From Macrostomum lignano (taxonomy: Eukaryota), in assembly GCA_002269645.1 (NCBI GenBank), contig NIVC01001686.1, forward strand, positions 147,660-211,659: a stretch of DNA of 64,000 bases. The letters are read 5' to 3'. Below the pieces are notes generated by a model that saw only the letters and a list, made by a program, of their open reading frames with translations, did not search any database and was not told the DNA's origin. Position 1 is the first letter of the stretch. The number at the start of each line of letters is the position of its first letter. The position numbers and the translations under genes are program-made. This document shows positions 14,300 through 26,825 of the stretch, piece after piece.

Positions 14300-14640
14300 G
14301 CTGAGATGTCAAGGTTCAAGGCTCATGGGGGACAAGGTTCAAGGCTCATGGAGGACATTGCTGAGATGTCAAGGCTCAAGGCTCATGGGGGACATTGCTG
14401 AGATGTCAAGGTTCAAGGCTCATGGGGGACATTGCTGAGATGTCAAGGCTCAAGGCTCATGGGGGACATTGCTGAGATGTCAAGGCTCAAGGCTCATGGG
14501 GGACATTGCTGAGATGTCAAGGCTCAAGGCTCATGGGGGACATTGCTGAGATGTCAAGGCTCAAGGCTCATGGGGGACATTGCTGAGATGTCAAGGCTCA
14601 CGGGGGAATCGCTGAAATGCTTGGCTCATAGGGGGTTGCT
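14300..14640. repeat. 37-bp tandem repeat related to the 30-bp satellite at 40085-41845 (opposite strand)
   Basis: Unit gctgagatgtcaaggctcaaggctcatgggggacatt. Confidence 0.9.
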
Positions 14641-14946
14641 CAGATGCATGAGCCTAAACTCATAGAGGATCCGGTAATCTTAGGCTAGATTTCTGGTTTT
14701 CAGCCTCAGGGCGGATGCTTTTTTGCTTTGAAAATTATTTTCCCTAAGAGCATAACAACAGTGACTGTATCTGGTTAGAAGATACATGCAGTTTATTCAA
14801 AAAATCGTTTAAAAATTTTTTATTCATAATACAAAGAAACGAAATTCCTCGTACCTGTCAAACAGAATACTAGCGTAAAAGAACAATAGGTCAGACTCCA
14901 TTTAATTTATTTGAGGGAAGGAATCGGAATTCGATTCGAGTAGAAG

Positions 14947-16566
14947 GGGTGCACGACAATTGACTGCCACAATTTGACTGCCAAAATTTGACTGCCAAAA
15001 TTTGACTGCCAAAATTTGACTGTGGTCAATTTGACTGCGGAAAATTTGACTGCCGAGCAATTTGACTGCCGACAAAATGACTGCGAACAAAATGACTGCG
15101 GACAAAATGACTGCCGACAATTTGACTGCCGACAAAATGACTGCCGACAAAATGACTGCCGACAATTTGACTGCCGACAAAATGACTGCCGACAAAATGA
15201 CTGCCGACAATTTGACTGCCGACAAAATGACTGCCGACAATTTGACTGCCGACAAAATGACTGCCGACAAAATGACTGCGAACAAAATGACTGCGGACAA
15301 AATGACTGCCGACAATTTGACTGCCGACAAAATGACTGCCGACAAAATGACTGCCGACAATTTGACTGCCGACAAAATGACTGCCGACAATTTGACTGCC
15401 GACAAAATGACTGCCGACAATTTGACTGCCGACAAGATGACTGCCGACAATTTGACTGCCGACAAAATGACTGCCGACAAAATGACTGCGAACAAAATGA
15501 CTGCGGACAAAATGACTGCCGACAATTTGACTGCGGAAATTTGACTGCCGACAATATGACTGCGGCAATTTGACTGCCGACAATATGACTGCGGCAATTT
15601 GACTGCCAGCAAAATGACTGCGGCAATTGACTGCCGACAATATGACTGCGGCAATTTGACTGCCGACAATATGACTGCGGCAATTTGACTGCCAGCAAAA
15701 TGACTGCCGGAAAAATGATGCTCCTAAAGTTTAGCACTCTGTCAACCCTTTTAAGTCTATGCATGTAGTGAAATATTGTATTTACGAGCTAGAATGATGC
15801 AGAACAGAACATAACTTTTATACAACAAGCTGTAACAGCTGTTGAAACCCGCGGATTTTGAACAGTGGGAAATGGGAATTCCAATTTTAGGAACTATTTT
15901 GCATATATTCTAAAATCTGAAGGTAAACTCAAGCAAAAACTTTTATTATTAGAGTTAAACATAACATAGATTACATTCGTGTAAAATTAGGATTGGAGGC
16001 AAACTATTGATATTGTTGGCTGGGGTGCGGCGCAGAATGTCAGAAAAACTCTGGCCTCTACTTCTGCCTCTCGATCCCTATGTTCCTTGCATCCTTTGAA
16101 CCTTCTATCTTCTCTTCTGTTTTCTCTCTTCTCTCTCGTCTCTGCTCTCTCATCTCTGCTCTCTCATCTCCCCTCTCTCATCTGTCATCTTTACTCTCTT
16201 ATACTGGTATGTTCTCTCACCTCTCTCCTCTGTACTCTTCTCTTTCCCCTCTTTTGACTCCTCTCTTTCCTTAGTCCTCTTCTTTTCCCTCTTCTATACT
16301 CCCTCCCCTTTATTCACTTCTCTCGTCTCTCTGCACTCTGCTCTCTCCGCCTTCATCTCTCATCTCTCTCTCCTCTTTTGCATAACGAGAATGCGCCTAG
16401 CAAGTTTTTCAAATTCATTCGTCAATATAAAGCTGTGCACAACTAGGCTGGGCTTTTGATTTGGTGTTTGGGGTTGCCAACTTTGGGGTTTGGAGTCAAA
16501 TAATAAAAGGAGAGGGTGATCAGTGGAGCCCACAAGTTTAGGTGGCGAGCAAACTCATAAAACTCC

Positions 16567-16654
<88 letters not shown>

Positions 16655-16762
16655 ACATTGAGGGACTGGGGGAGAGAGGAGGAGGAGTGGCCTCTTGTTT
16701 TCTATATTGTCAGCAGTCAAATTGACCTCAGTCAAATTGTGGCAGTCAATTGTCGTAGACCC
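14947..16762. mobile_element. Asymmetric foldback-like element with a 15-bp satellite in its left arm
   Basis: Left end GGGTGCACGACAATTGACTGCCACAATTTGACTG; right end CAGTCAAATTGTGGCAGTCAATTGTCGTAGACCC. The left arm has ~50 tgactgccgacaa(a/t) units and the right arm ~3. No TSD found. Confidence 0.65.
16570..16651. repeat. (GA)n microsatellite
   Basis: Direct reading. Confidence 0.95.
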
Positions 16763-16929
16763 TGTCAGGGATAATATGGATGGATTTAATGGGATTATGG
16801 AGGACGTGAAAAATTTTGTCCCAAAAGCCCCCTCATGCCTTCTACTGATTCGAATCGAATTTTCATTCCCCATTTGATGTACACGTACGCTCGGTATAAG
16901 TATCAAGAATGCGTCTCAATAAAAAGTTA

Positions 16930-17445
16930 AATTAATGAGACGCCAAGCTGCGGGTTCCAACATAAGGCCGACTGTTTGCCTTTATATGCTTTTAGCGGGC
17001 ACGAGGCTTCGAAGGCAGCATTGGGTGAGTCCGTCGCAAAGTCATCTGCTTCCTCACGGGTGTTGATGGATACTGCATGGAATGCTAGCCCTTTGATAGG
17101 TTTCCTACGAGGCAATCCTGAAAGTGTTCCAGTCGGTATTCCTGGATAGTATTCCGTTTCCAGTACAGCTGGCTTGCGTTTCGGGCGCTGGCCAGTTTGA
17201 AAGAGATGAACTTTTGATCGGAGAGGGACACTTCAGGAAGCACCCGCCACTCCTTAGTGCTCTGAAAAAGCCTGGGCGTGGCAAGGGTGGTATCCAGCAT
17301 CTCCGATCGGCGTCATTGTTAAACGTACCCAAGTTGCAGAACTCGGGAGTTGCAGTGCGGTAATATCACAACTGCCCCAGTGGGTGTGATGGGCGTTGAT
17401 GTCGCCCGCCACTAACAGCTCGTATTCCTGGTGGAGCAAAGCGAA
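16930..17445 (-). mobile_element. Degenerate non-LTR retrotransposon (LINE) ORF2 fragment, APE endonuclease C-terminal half
   Basis: LVAGDINAHHTHWGS (GDFNAH-WG motif) and WRVLPEVSLSDQKFISF (SDH motif) are split across frames, followed by post-endonuclease linker-like FEASCPLK...WNPQL. Confidence 0.8.
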
Positions 17446-17520
17446 AATCGACGGAAATCAGCCTCCAAAAAAATTACACGATCTTTGACTGTAGCGTCCT
17501 GATATCCTGATCCTGATAAC

Positions 17521-18084
17521 ATGATCAACGGTCCGTGCCAGCTGTTCGTGTTCGACAAGTGCAGCAAGTACGTGAGAGAGTGCGGCCCCTGCGCTCAGTC
17601 TGGCCGCGTGTTTGTGAAGCAGCGGCGCGGGCTGCCTGCTGGCACCCTGTGCCCCTTCGGATTCGCTGACGACCTGTGCAGCACCAAGTACAAGCTGGTG
17701 CAGGGCGCCACCAGTTGGAACTTCTACAAATCCGTAGCCGAATCGCTGCCCGGATTGGTCATCATGTCGGACGTGCTCGATCAAGCTGAACTGGCTCACC
17801 AGTACAAAATTTCGATGACGTACGGCTGGACTGCCATCATGCACGGTGGAATTCAATCTCCGGGTAGCGACGAGCCGACTGGCGGTTTCCGCTGGGTGAG
17901 CTGCGATTTGGAGCTCAGCGGCAGTGGAAGTCTTTGGGTGCCTAACGAGCCCAACAATTATGCTGGAGCTGAACTGGTTGTGACCTCGGAAACTGTCAAG
18001 GCGGCAAACTGCTGGACAATCAGGAGACCAGTTCTGAGTACATTGGAGGTCTGATGGAGTGCGTCTCTTTGTTTGACTGATTCG
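17521..18084 (+). pseudogene. C-type lectin-like domain ORF with an apparent 1-nt frameshift near 17995
   Basis: YGWTA, FRWVSC and LWVPNEPNNYAGAE are CTLD-like. The expected C-terminal part (GGKLLDNQETSSEYIGGLMECVSLFD*) lies in the -1 frame, ending at ~18084. Could be a real pseudogene or an assembly error. Confidence 0.55.
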
Positions 18085-19004
18085 CATCCAACCGGCGCTT
18101 GGAATTGGAAACATGCTGGGGCATTCGACTGAATTTACAATTTGTTTTTTTACGTTGAGTCAAACTTTATGCCTTTTACGTTATCTCTATGCTTACTGGC
18201 AGTAGAGGACATAAATCGTACCAGTCTATAACAGTTTATTTGATATGGCTTACTGGTATTAAGTCAACATATTTCTTGCAATTCTTTGAGCTAGAATGTT
18301 CCTAAGCCTTTACTATAAAACCTCTTTTTTTCTATTAAGGAGATGCAGCGGTTTTTCTAGAATAAAAAGTACGATAGAGTCCGAATTGACAAGTTCATTC
18401 ATTTTGGCTACGACTGTAATTACTGCAAAGCATATATTAGTAGTAGTATTTTACTTTACTATAAAAAACTCATTTGGCTTATAAGTTCATCACGGCTAGA
18501 CAATTTCCTGTCTGAGGGGACTGGGGCTTATAACCGCAGCTGTAGGGATCGGGTCTAAAACCAAACCTGCAGATCGTTGCCTCATCTCTGCTCAGTCTGA
18601 CTGCGCAACAGCATATCAATTGTGGCGTAGAGTGCCTGCTCTTGTGCATGAGCTCTCGCTATCTGACCGGATCGTTACAGACTAATCTAATAGCGTATAG
18701 CTACAATCGTATTCACTGGCGCCACCATACCCGCATCATCAGCCGCAACAACTTGAGCTGAAAGCAACTTTATGGGCATCTGACAATATTCAGACAGGAC
18801 TATATGGTATAGCTGCCTTCCTGAAAAAGCTATATGGCTTTTTTATGCAGATGATTTCATACTGGGTAGTTCTGTCTGTATGATCTGGACATCGCATATG
18901 CATAAAAGCTAGTTGAGACTAATCAAGATTAATCTAGCTAAGCTAGGGTTACATCTATTGCATTTGGGAGTTGTTTTAAAACATTTTCTCGGCCTGCCTC
19001 TCAG

Positions 19005-19366
19005 GGGGCCGTAGCCCAGCGGTAGCGCAGCTGCTCTGGTGTGCCAGCGACCCAGGCTCGATTCCAAGTGCAGTCACATTAATTTGGGGCTGAATTGGAA
19101 TCTCGGCTTGGCTCTGCTCGTGCAATTAACCGCCTTGAGAGCCGACCCCCCAAGGCGCAGTGAAGTGTACATGCCTAACGACAAAATAAAGTTAGGGCCG
19201 CTGTACACTCCTGTGTGAGTGTGTGCCTGCGTACGTATCCGCGCGCTTGTATGCCTGCTCAGGGGAGTCGGTGGAATGGGGAGTAATGCCTCGCTGGTTG
19301 TGTGCCTGTCGCTTGAAGTGCACCAGGGTGCACACAACCCCCTGCCTCTAATAAATAATAATAATA
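19005..19366 (+). mobile_element. tRNA-derived SINE, full length, with an 11-bp TSD
   Basis: Head GGGGCCGTAGCCCAGCGGTAG (A box)...GGCTCGATTCC (B box); 3' stem GGTTGTGTGC/GCACACAACC; (AAT)n tail; identical CTGCCTCTCAG at 18994-19004 and 19367-19377. Confidence 0.9.
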
Positions 19367-19783
19367 CTGCCTCTCAGTACAAGCCTTGGAAAGATGGCCA
19401 GCTCTGGCCTCTGAAAGCACGGTACAAAACGAGATAGAAGTATTAATTTTGTAATGGTTAAATCAAACAGTATTAATAATTATAGTTAATGATCCTCATG
19501 GCGTCCTTCGATTCTCTGTTGGGGGATTAAACAATGGAAAATTAACCAGCAATGGAGATATACGAGCTAGAAGAATCGAGGCAATGAATTTGTGTTTTTT
19601 GAGGCGCATCTTGAGAGTGAGTTTCAGGAAAGTTGATGGCGAACACCGGAGACGACAGGTGAAGTTTTTTGGCCATATTATGATGACAGGGTCAAGGAAC
19701 TGACCAGCTGTCAGTACTGGGAAGATTAAAGGTGTAATGAACGTGCGACCGAGAGAATCGTAAAGTAAGTAAAGTAAAGTATA

Positions 19784-21136
19784 CTGAGCCAACATTGAAA
19801 AGTCGCCACCCTTTGCCCCAGTGAGCATGCAGTCTTTCGGCCAACCATTAATTTTGATATTTAAATGTTTGAAAAAATCAATAAAAACCGGGCGGAAGCT
19901 TCAATCCATCCAGTCTTCGCCCTTCGCTCTTCCCAATACCTCCTCGCCCAGCCCAACTCTGCGTCGTGTGGCGCAAGTTGCGTCACTCAAAAGTCAATAC
20001 TGAGCTAGAATTTACTGCGCACTCAAAGGCGGCGACATTTTAATGTTGTTGAGTATATATTGTATATAGAGTATGCATCAGTCAAAGCGAGGGGCGACGG
20101 GCGCTGAGTAATCGATAGCAACGTACGTGTACATGATTGGGGTGCGGAATTTATTGGGGGTGCGGGTGCAGATCGCGTACAATAAATACAATTGCAAGTA
20201 TCACATGTAAGTACATCACATGCATTGACATACATGTAAGGAAGAAGAGATTGTGGAAGACAGCGAGAATAACCACTCTAAAGAACCGGCTGTCTCAATG
20301 GATGAACATACAGTTTGAAAATACAGCTTCATACATCAATGGTATACCCACTCTAACTCATTCTTCTCTTCCTCTCTCCCTCGAAACCTTTTCTCATTTC
20401 CCTCTTCCTTTCTCCTCGATCTCTTGATCCTTGTTATCTGCTTTCTCTTCCTTTTATCACCTCTAAACCGCATCCTAGCTGTCCACTATTCTTTTCTTTG
20501 TCTCTATACATGTAAATTTTCTTCCCTAGATGACATTCTGTTTCTCAAACTTAGCAGATCTTGTCTCTGCGCCATTCTTAGCAGATCTTCTTAATCTGCT
20601 CGGTTCTTGCAGGATCTTCAAAAAAGGGAGGTACATTTGTTTTGTGCTTCATTTGGCTAAAGCGTTCCAGCTGAACTAATATTTTATTTTATGACAAAAT
20701 GGGACAAAAAATTTAAGAAAATATGCGATTCGAAGCTATATATATAAAAGCTAAGATCTTGTACGATGTAGCAAGTCGCCCAGATCTGGTAAGTTTACCT
20801 AAGTATTTATCATATAATACTCGTAGCGAAGATTTTGCACGTTCTTGCAAGTTTGCGCAGCAACCCAAGAAGATAATTCGATCTGTTAATTAAGAATCAA
20901 CAAATCAATGTCTTGTAGGTTTCTAGTAGGTTTCTCTTGAGGCTTAATCCAAGAATAACTTAAGTATATATATATATATGTAATTTAAGTGTGACGAGCT
21001 TTCCAGTCGCTCGGTTTTGATTGATTTTTCAAGTTTTTTTTAATATCAAAATGTTTGGCCAGCATGGTGCAATAGAAGTTGGTCGAAGGACACTGCTCAC
21101 TGGGGCAAAGGGTGGCGACTTTTCAATGTTGCTGAG
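19784..21136. mobile_element. Non-autonomous TIR element (TA-flanked, Tc1/mariner-like, aged)
   Basis: The ~45-bp terminal segments AACATTGAAAAGTCGCCACCCTTTGCCCCAGTGAGCA are near-perfect inverted copies, with degenerate inverted similarity extending ~130 bp; TA on both sides. Confidence 0.7.
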
Positions 21137-24100
21137 TACATTATTGATGTCATTGAATATATTGGAGGCATTGCCCCGGCCTCCCCCCCCCAACAAAATT
21201 TAATTATTGGGCAGGCAATTTAATTCCCACCACCGCCCCCGGATCCGCCACGCCTATTGTGAGTACCTACCTCTTCCTTAGACAGTGCAGCCACGGACTA
21301 CTCACATGTAATATTCGTTTATACTTAAGTAGTCCGTGAGTGCAGAATAATTTATCCCAGGGGCAAAGTCAAAACGAGGGCATCGCGAGTTTACACCATT
21401 CAAACTTTGTAATACCAAATTGTATCTGTTTTCTAATGAGTATGGCCGGTTAAATCTTGCATTAAACTGTGAATTATAAATAATTTTACTATAATCTAAG
21501 TAAAATTAGTCTTTTTCGCTCCTCTAAAAGACAAAATATGTCCTTTTCAGCGATAATTTTTTTGGCGGAAATTCAACCACGTTGAACACGTGTGAAAAAA
21601 ATTCTATATAATTTACAAATAAGGGCTAAAAATGTATGAATTAATGTAGTTGGTGAAAGTTTTAAGTTAATTTGCATTAAATGCATGCATGAGTAATGCT
21701 TTATTTGTATAAACCTTACTGTAGTTCGAATATTCTTCGTTTTGGTAGTAAACATTGATTATGACATCCCACCTATATGCTCATATGAGAATATGTTAAA
21801 AACTAATCTAAATTGATGTATCCAATTGGATTATTCACTTTTACATTTTAGAAAATAATTTAGCATAAAATCGATGCTTTTTATTGAAAAAGCCTAATAT
21901 ATTACTTATTGTATAACCATTCTATAACAATATAAAAATACTTTTTAATAGTTAGAGAGCACAAAGTGATTTTCTCCAGTAGTCTGTTGCATCAAAATGA
22001 ATAATTTCCAGCTTTTAGAATTGAAATATGTTATTACACACCTATCAAGCTTGAAGCATTTTTTTTCTTTACTAAATGGTACTCTTTGTTGGCTCTTAAA
22101 TGCCATAAATGTTAGTTTTTGTCATGATTTTTTTCTCCGGAAGCCCACTGTGTGGAGCATGTACAATGAAAAGCTTAGATATTTCCTCAAGGCACTGCAA
22201 AGAACCCTATAAAGAAGCATTTTTTTGGCTTTGCAGCAGGGACAACCTAATATAATTTTATTGCCATTTAATGTATATTTTGTAATGAATTAGGCTTTAT
22301 TTATTTTTAATGATAGTTATTCTGCTTATTTCATACTGAATAATTTGAGGTAAATTTTGTAAAAATTACTTTAAACATCTTTTTATTGACCATCACTTAA
22401 AATTTTTTATGACTAGCAATTCTAGTCTAAGATCACCAGATTAATCAGATTTCACTTACTAACACCAAATAATCAGGTCTGATTGACTTTAAATTTACTT
22501 TAAATTCATTGGTCTGCTTAACTGACATCAGATTTACCTAGGATCAATAATTTTGGGGCATCATGAAGGTTATAGCATTGTAACAGACTATGTAATCATG
22601 CTTAAATAACTTGGAACTCATAATTTAATATCTTGAAATCTGCATGGTGCTAGAATCCTATTGGAATAGAAAGAAGACAGCAAAAAATACAGACAAAGTG
22701 TTCACTCATTATCTCTCTAATAATAAAATGTTCATCTCCACAGATGTACCTTTCAGCTGTTTGGAAACGGAATGAAAATAAAAATCGCTACAAATCGCTA
22801 CACGCAGCAACAACTTGTGTCAACATAATTGACAACCATTGTAGAGAACCCCACCTCTTATGTTCGGCGGGTAGTCGATCAGAATCCAGTCTGGCGCATC
22901 GCTGCAAGTTGGACTCTGTCACTCAGCTTTGTTCGACACAAGCAGATTTTGAGCACAGTCTGGCAGTATGCTGCACTTCAGTTTCAGCAGGGCCAATCTG
23001 AGCTGCTCGAGCAGAGTTTGAGAACACGCGCAGTATGTGCTTCCTTATTTTCACTTTTACGTTGCAATTTGGCCTCTTTTGTATCGACTTTTCTGCGTTC
23101 GCTCTGGCATGAGAGTACGAGCCCTCTTCAGCGTGGTAGCGTTGTAATGTTCTAGCTTTGAAAGCTAGGATGCTTTTATTTTTACTATAGCATACTCCTT
23201 ATATAACTAATAAGTGCTTTTTAAGCTCAACCAGCTATGTACCTGTGATGTGTGGCTGCCAGCAGCCACGTATTAGTTTATGGGTATATGCTTGGCTTAC
23301 AGACCCACAATTGATAGACTGCAGGAACAAGCGCGAAACGATTGACGAGCTCTTGCTTAATTTCAACAAATATACGAGTAAACGAGCCTACGATTTAAAA
23401 CACGACTTCCCAAACACATTGATCGGATAATAAAAAGTTTTATTAATAAAGCAGCATCAGCTCAAATATTTTAATCTATGGCCATGGACGTATAGAGCAG
23501 TCTGCACAGACCAGAACAGAAAATCAATATGGCTACCTCAAGAAGGGTAAAAAAGATATCTGGGTGGGGGCATGGTTATGATCCTATCCAAACAGTTTCA
23601 ATACAAATGTGAATCTCACAGAGCTCTAAATGAAGCTCTTAATGCCTCTTGATTTAGTGAAAAAGATGAACAGGCAACAGAAATAGGTTTTAGAATTTTT
23701 AGGCACAAGTAATAAATTCCTGAAGCAGAAGTTTTATTAACTTAAATGCAAAACAAGATTTTTGGTATAGCCACTAGGCCCATACAATAAAACACACTAT
23801 AAAACATAAGGTTCTAAAAAGGTGTGTCTTGTGGTCTGAGAGAAAATGTAGGCCACATAGCCACCAGAATCTTGGGTGCCAGAATCCAAAAGTAGCAGCG
23901 CAGCACCTGAACCAGTTGTGGGCAGAAGTGGCCTGCTAGGTGCAGGAGTCGCCAACATTGCAACAGGTTGCTCAGACAGATCAGGTTGGTTCATGGAGAA
24001 AGCACTAGACTCACTCAACCAAATGTAAAGGTAACATATAGCAAGTCCACCAGTTTCATTGTTTAAGTAAGGCCTCAGGTTTAGAGCTCAGAATGAAAGG

Positions 24101-26825
24101 CATATCATAAAATGCAGCTGAGAAGATCTCCCAAAGAAGTCCTGGCATGGCATGAATTAAAGTGAAAAACATTTAACATATTTTACTTACATTTAAGTCT
24201 AAAAAACTTCTACTAAAGCAAGTTAAGAATTTATTGGTATATTAAATATACAATAGTATAAAAGGAAACACTCCTGCTAGGCATTTAAAGCCAGTTTGTA
24301 AACAATAAAATATATAATAAAATATTGCTATTTTCTAATTTTTTAAAAAGCAAATATATCAGGTTTTGCATTTTTAACTTTTAACATGTTCTAAGTTCTT
24401 AAAGCTCATAATGTGAGTTTTAAATGAAATAAATGTAACAAATAATGCAAATGAAAACATATTGCAATTATACATTTTAAAGAATAGTGCAAGTCACATT
24501 TTATATAGCTTTTTACATTGCAAATTATATGAAACTATAAAGTTAAAGTTTAAAAAAAGTTATTACCTGTTTTACTTGCTACTTGTTAATTATTTAGCAA
24601 TTTAAATTATATATATACTTAAAAGTGCATAGTGATGGCTATAATAAACAGTATCATTATCAGTAATCATAAGGTAGATTATCACTTAGCTAAGGCCTAA
24701 TGGCTTTTATAAAAAAGCATATATCAGTTTCGAAGTAATTCTAAGCTGTAAAGCTGTACAAAAATTTATATTTACATTATATTTTTTATTACTACGTCAT
24801 TAGCAAAAAAATAAAATAGGCCTAAGACACGGACAGTTAAATATAAATAGCAATCTGAACTAGACTACAAATTATGCCTCAGAACAAAAATATAGTTAAA
24901 CAAGAGCGTGGGTGGATAAAGCTATTTTATAAAAAAACTTGATAGACACCTTTATTTGTCATTCTATTCAGTAAAATTATTTAAACCTCAGTCTCATGAG
25001 TCATTTGCCTATTCATAAGCCGTGGCTTATAAAATAAAGCATATATCTAGAATCCTCGATCGATTATTGTTCATGAATTAGATAGATAAGCAGAAAATTG
25101 ATGCTAGACGTTTGCAATGCTTGAAATACAGAAGTCAGTAATCAATATCTAAATCTCATATTTAATTCAATCCAAAAAAGTTTGCTGATATTTCACATCC
25201 GTAAAAAGAACCAGGCCAAACATCAATAATAAATAAAGTACTTATTAACATGAAACTGATAACTAAATTAACGAGAGTATTTCAGAACACAAACAGGCGC
25301 GACGTAAACAAAGTAAGCAGTTTAACAAAATCCAGCCTAATATTTATTTAAAAAATATCTATTGCAATATTTACCTAATTTTTTTCAGATAAAAACTACT
25401 TTTACGGGTTTGTATAAAACATTTATTTTTATAATACTTTATTTAGTTTCTGATTCTGCGTCCGTACAGTTCCGTAAAAGTAAAGATTAACAAATGGGTA
25501 GGAAATTTATTAAGAGGTGTATTTTGTGCTTTAAAAATGTTTTTTTGAGACCACTTAACGGAAATATAAAAAATTGTATAAAAAATTACCAATTGAAACA
25601 ACAAATTTTTTTCTACATTTTCTAACTCCCCAGTTTTGACTTTAACCGCCCACACATACAGTCAATCTGAATCTAAATTTACAATATAAAAACAAACGTT
25701 TCTTAGTCAAGAAGACAGAAATGAAGAAAGGGCTATTAGCAAAGATCAAAAAATTCTAAAACAAGATTTTATGCGATTTTTAAGAAAAATTGTGTCATAG
25801 GCTAAATTCTCAAGCTTTGATTTTTTTAATCCTTGCAAAGGACATTTTTACTACACGCGCCCGGCCCGTGGTGAGTCGGAGATTGCAGTGAGCAAGTGAT
25901 CATGTGCAGCCAGGTCAACAGTGCAGTGTATCATAAAGTGTATCATAAAGTGTATCAATGCGTGCTATAACTATCTCATGTTTTATCACTAACAATCACT
26001 ATGCTTTTCTACTTTTGTTTCCCCCTTTTTATATAATCTACTTTTCCCAAAGCCAAATTAAATTAGGCCTGCCCTGCCAAAGCCTAAAATATTAATTAGC
26101 GTTTTCAGCCTTCACTTTCAATTAGTTAAAGATAAGATACATCTTAGGCCTTCACTACATAAATTATAGGATAGGCTTGAGCCTACAATTCACACTTTCA
26201 CTTCAGATATTGTACCCTAACCCCTATAGGGATCTATATAGATATAGGAATAGGAATAGGCCTATAAGAAATCATTTGAAAGTTTTTTTATTGAAAATTA
26301 CTTATGACTTGTTATATGTCATATAAATTATATGCTGTTAAACTGATTTTGAAGTCTTAAACCAAGACTAACTTGGAGTTCTTAGGCCTATAAAATATAA
26401 ATATAATGAAGTTTTTTTTTATATTTATTATCTTATGCTCATTGACATTTGTTATTAGGCTATCCTAAAAAGCCTAAGCTGATAGAATGATAGGCGGATA
26501 GGCCTAGCTTAGGCCCAAGCCTATAGGCCTATGCTACGCTGTTTAGGCTATATTATACTATGCCTATAGCCTTTTGTTATAGAACTTTTGTTGGCTATAT
26601 TTTAATCAAGAACCATCTGGCCAATTTTTTAAAAATTAGACTTAGCTTTAGTTAGGCCTAAAATAATTGTATTTTTTGGCAGTCATACATAACTTTTTAG
26701 GAAAAAATACAAAATGGCAGTGGGTCAAATATTCAAAAAATTTAATGCTTGCAATAGGCACTTTGTTTCTAAATTTAATTGTTTAGTTCAACCATTTAGG
26801 CCTTTTTTGACCAATATATAATATA

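Noticed and set aside
12735-15764. Long repetitive ORFs (AKMSACG, TADKM, SAVIL)
   Set aside because: Satellite-derived; no stop codons by composition.
22744-24018. GC-richer islands with short ORFs in the AT-rich tract (possible exons or transposase relic)
   Set aside because: Manual translation of the 22741-23160 island and the ORF-track peptides gave no motif I could recognise; a tBLASTx/HMM search is needed.
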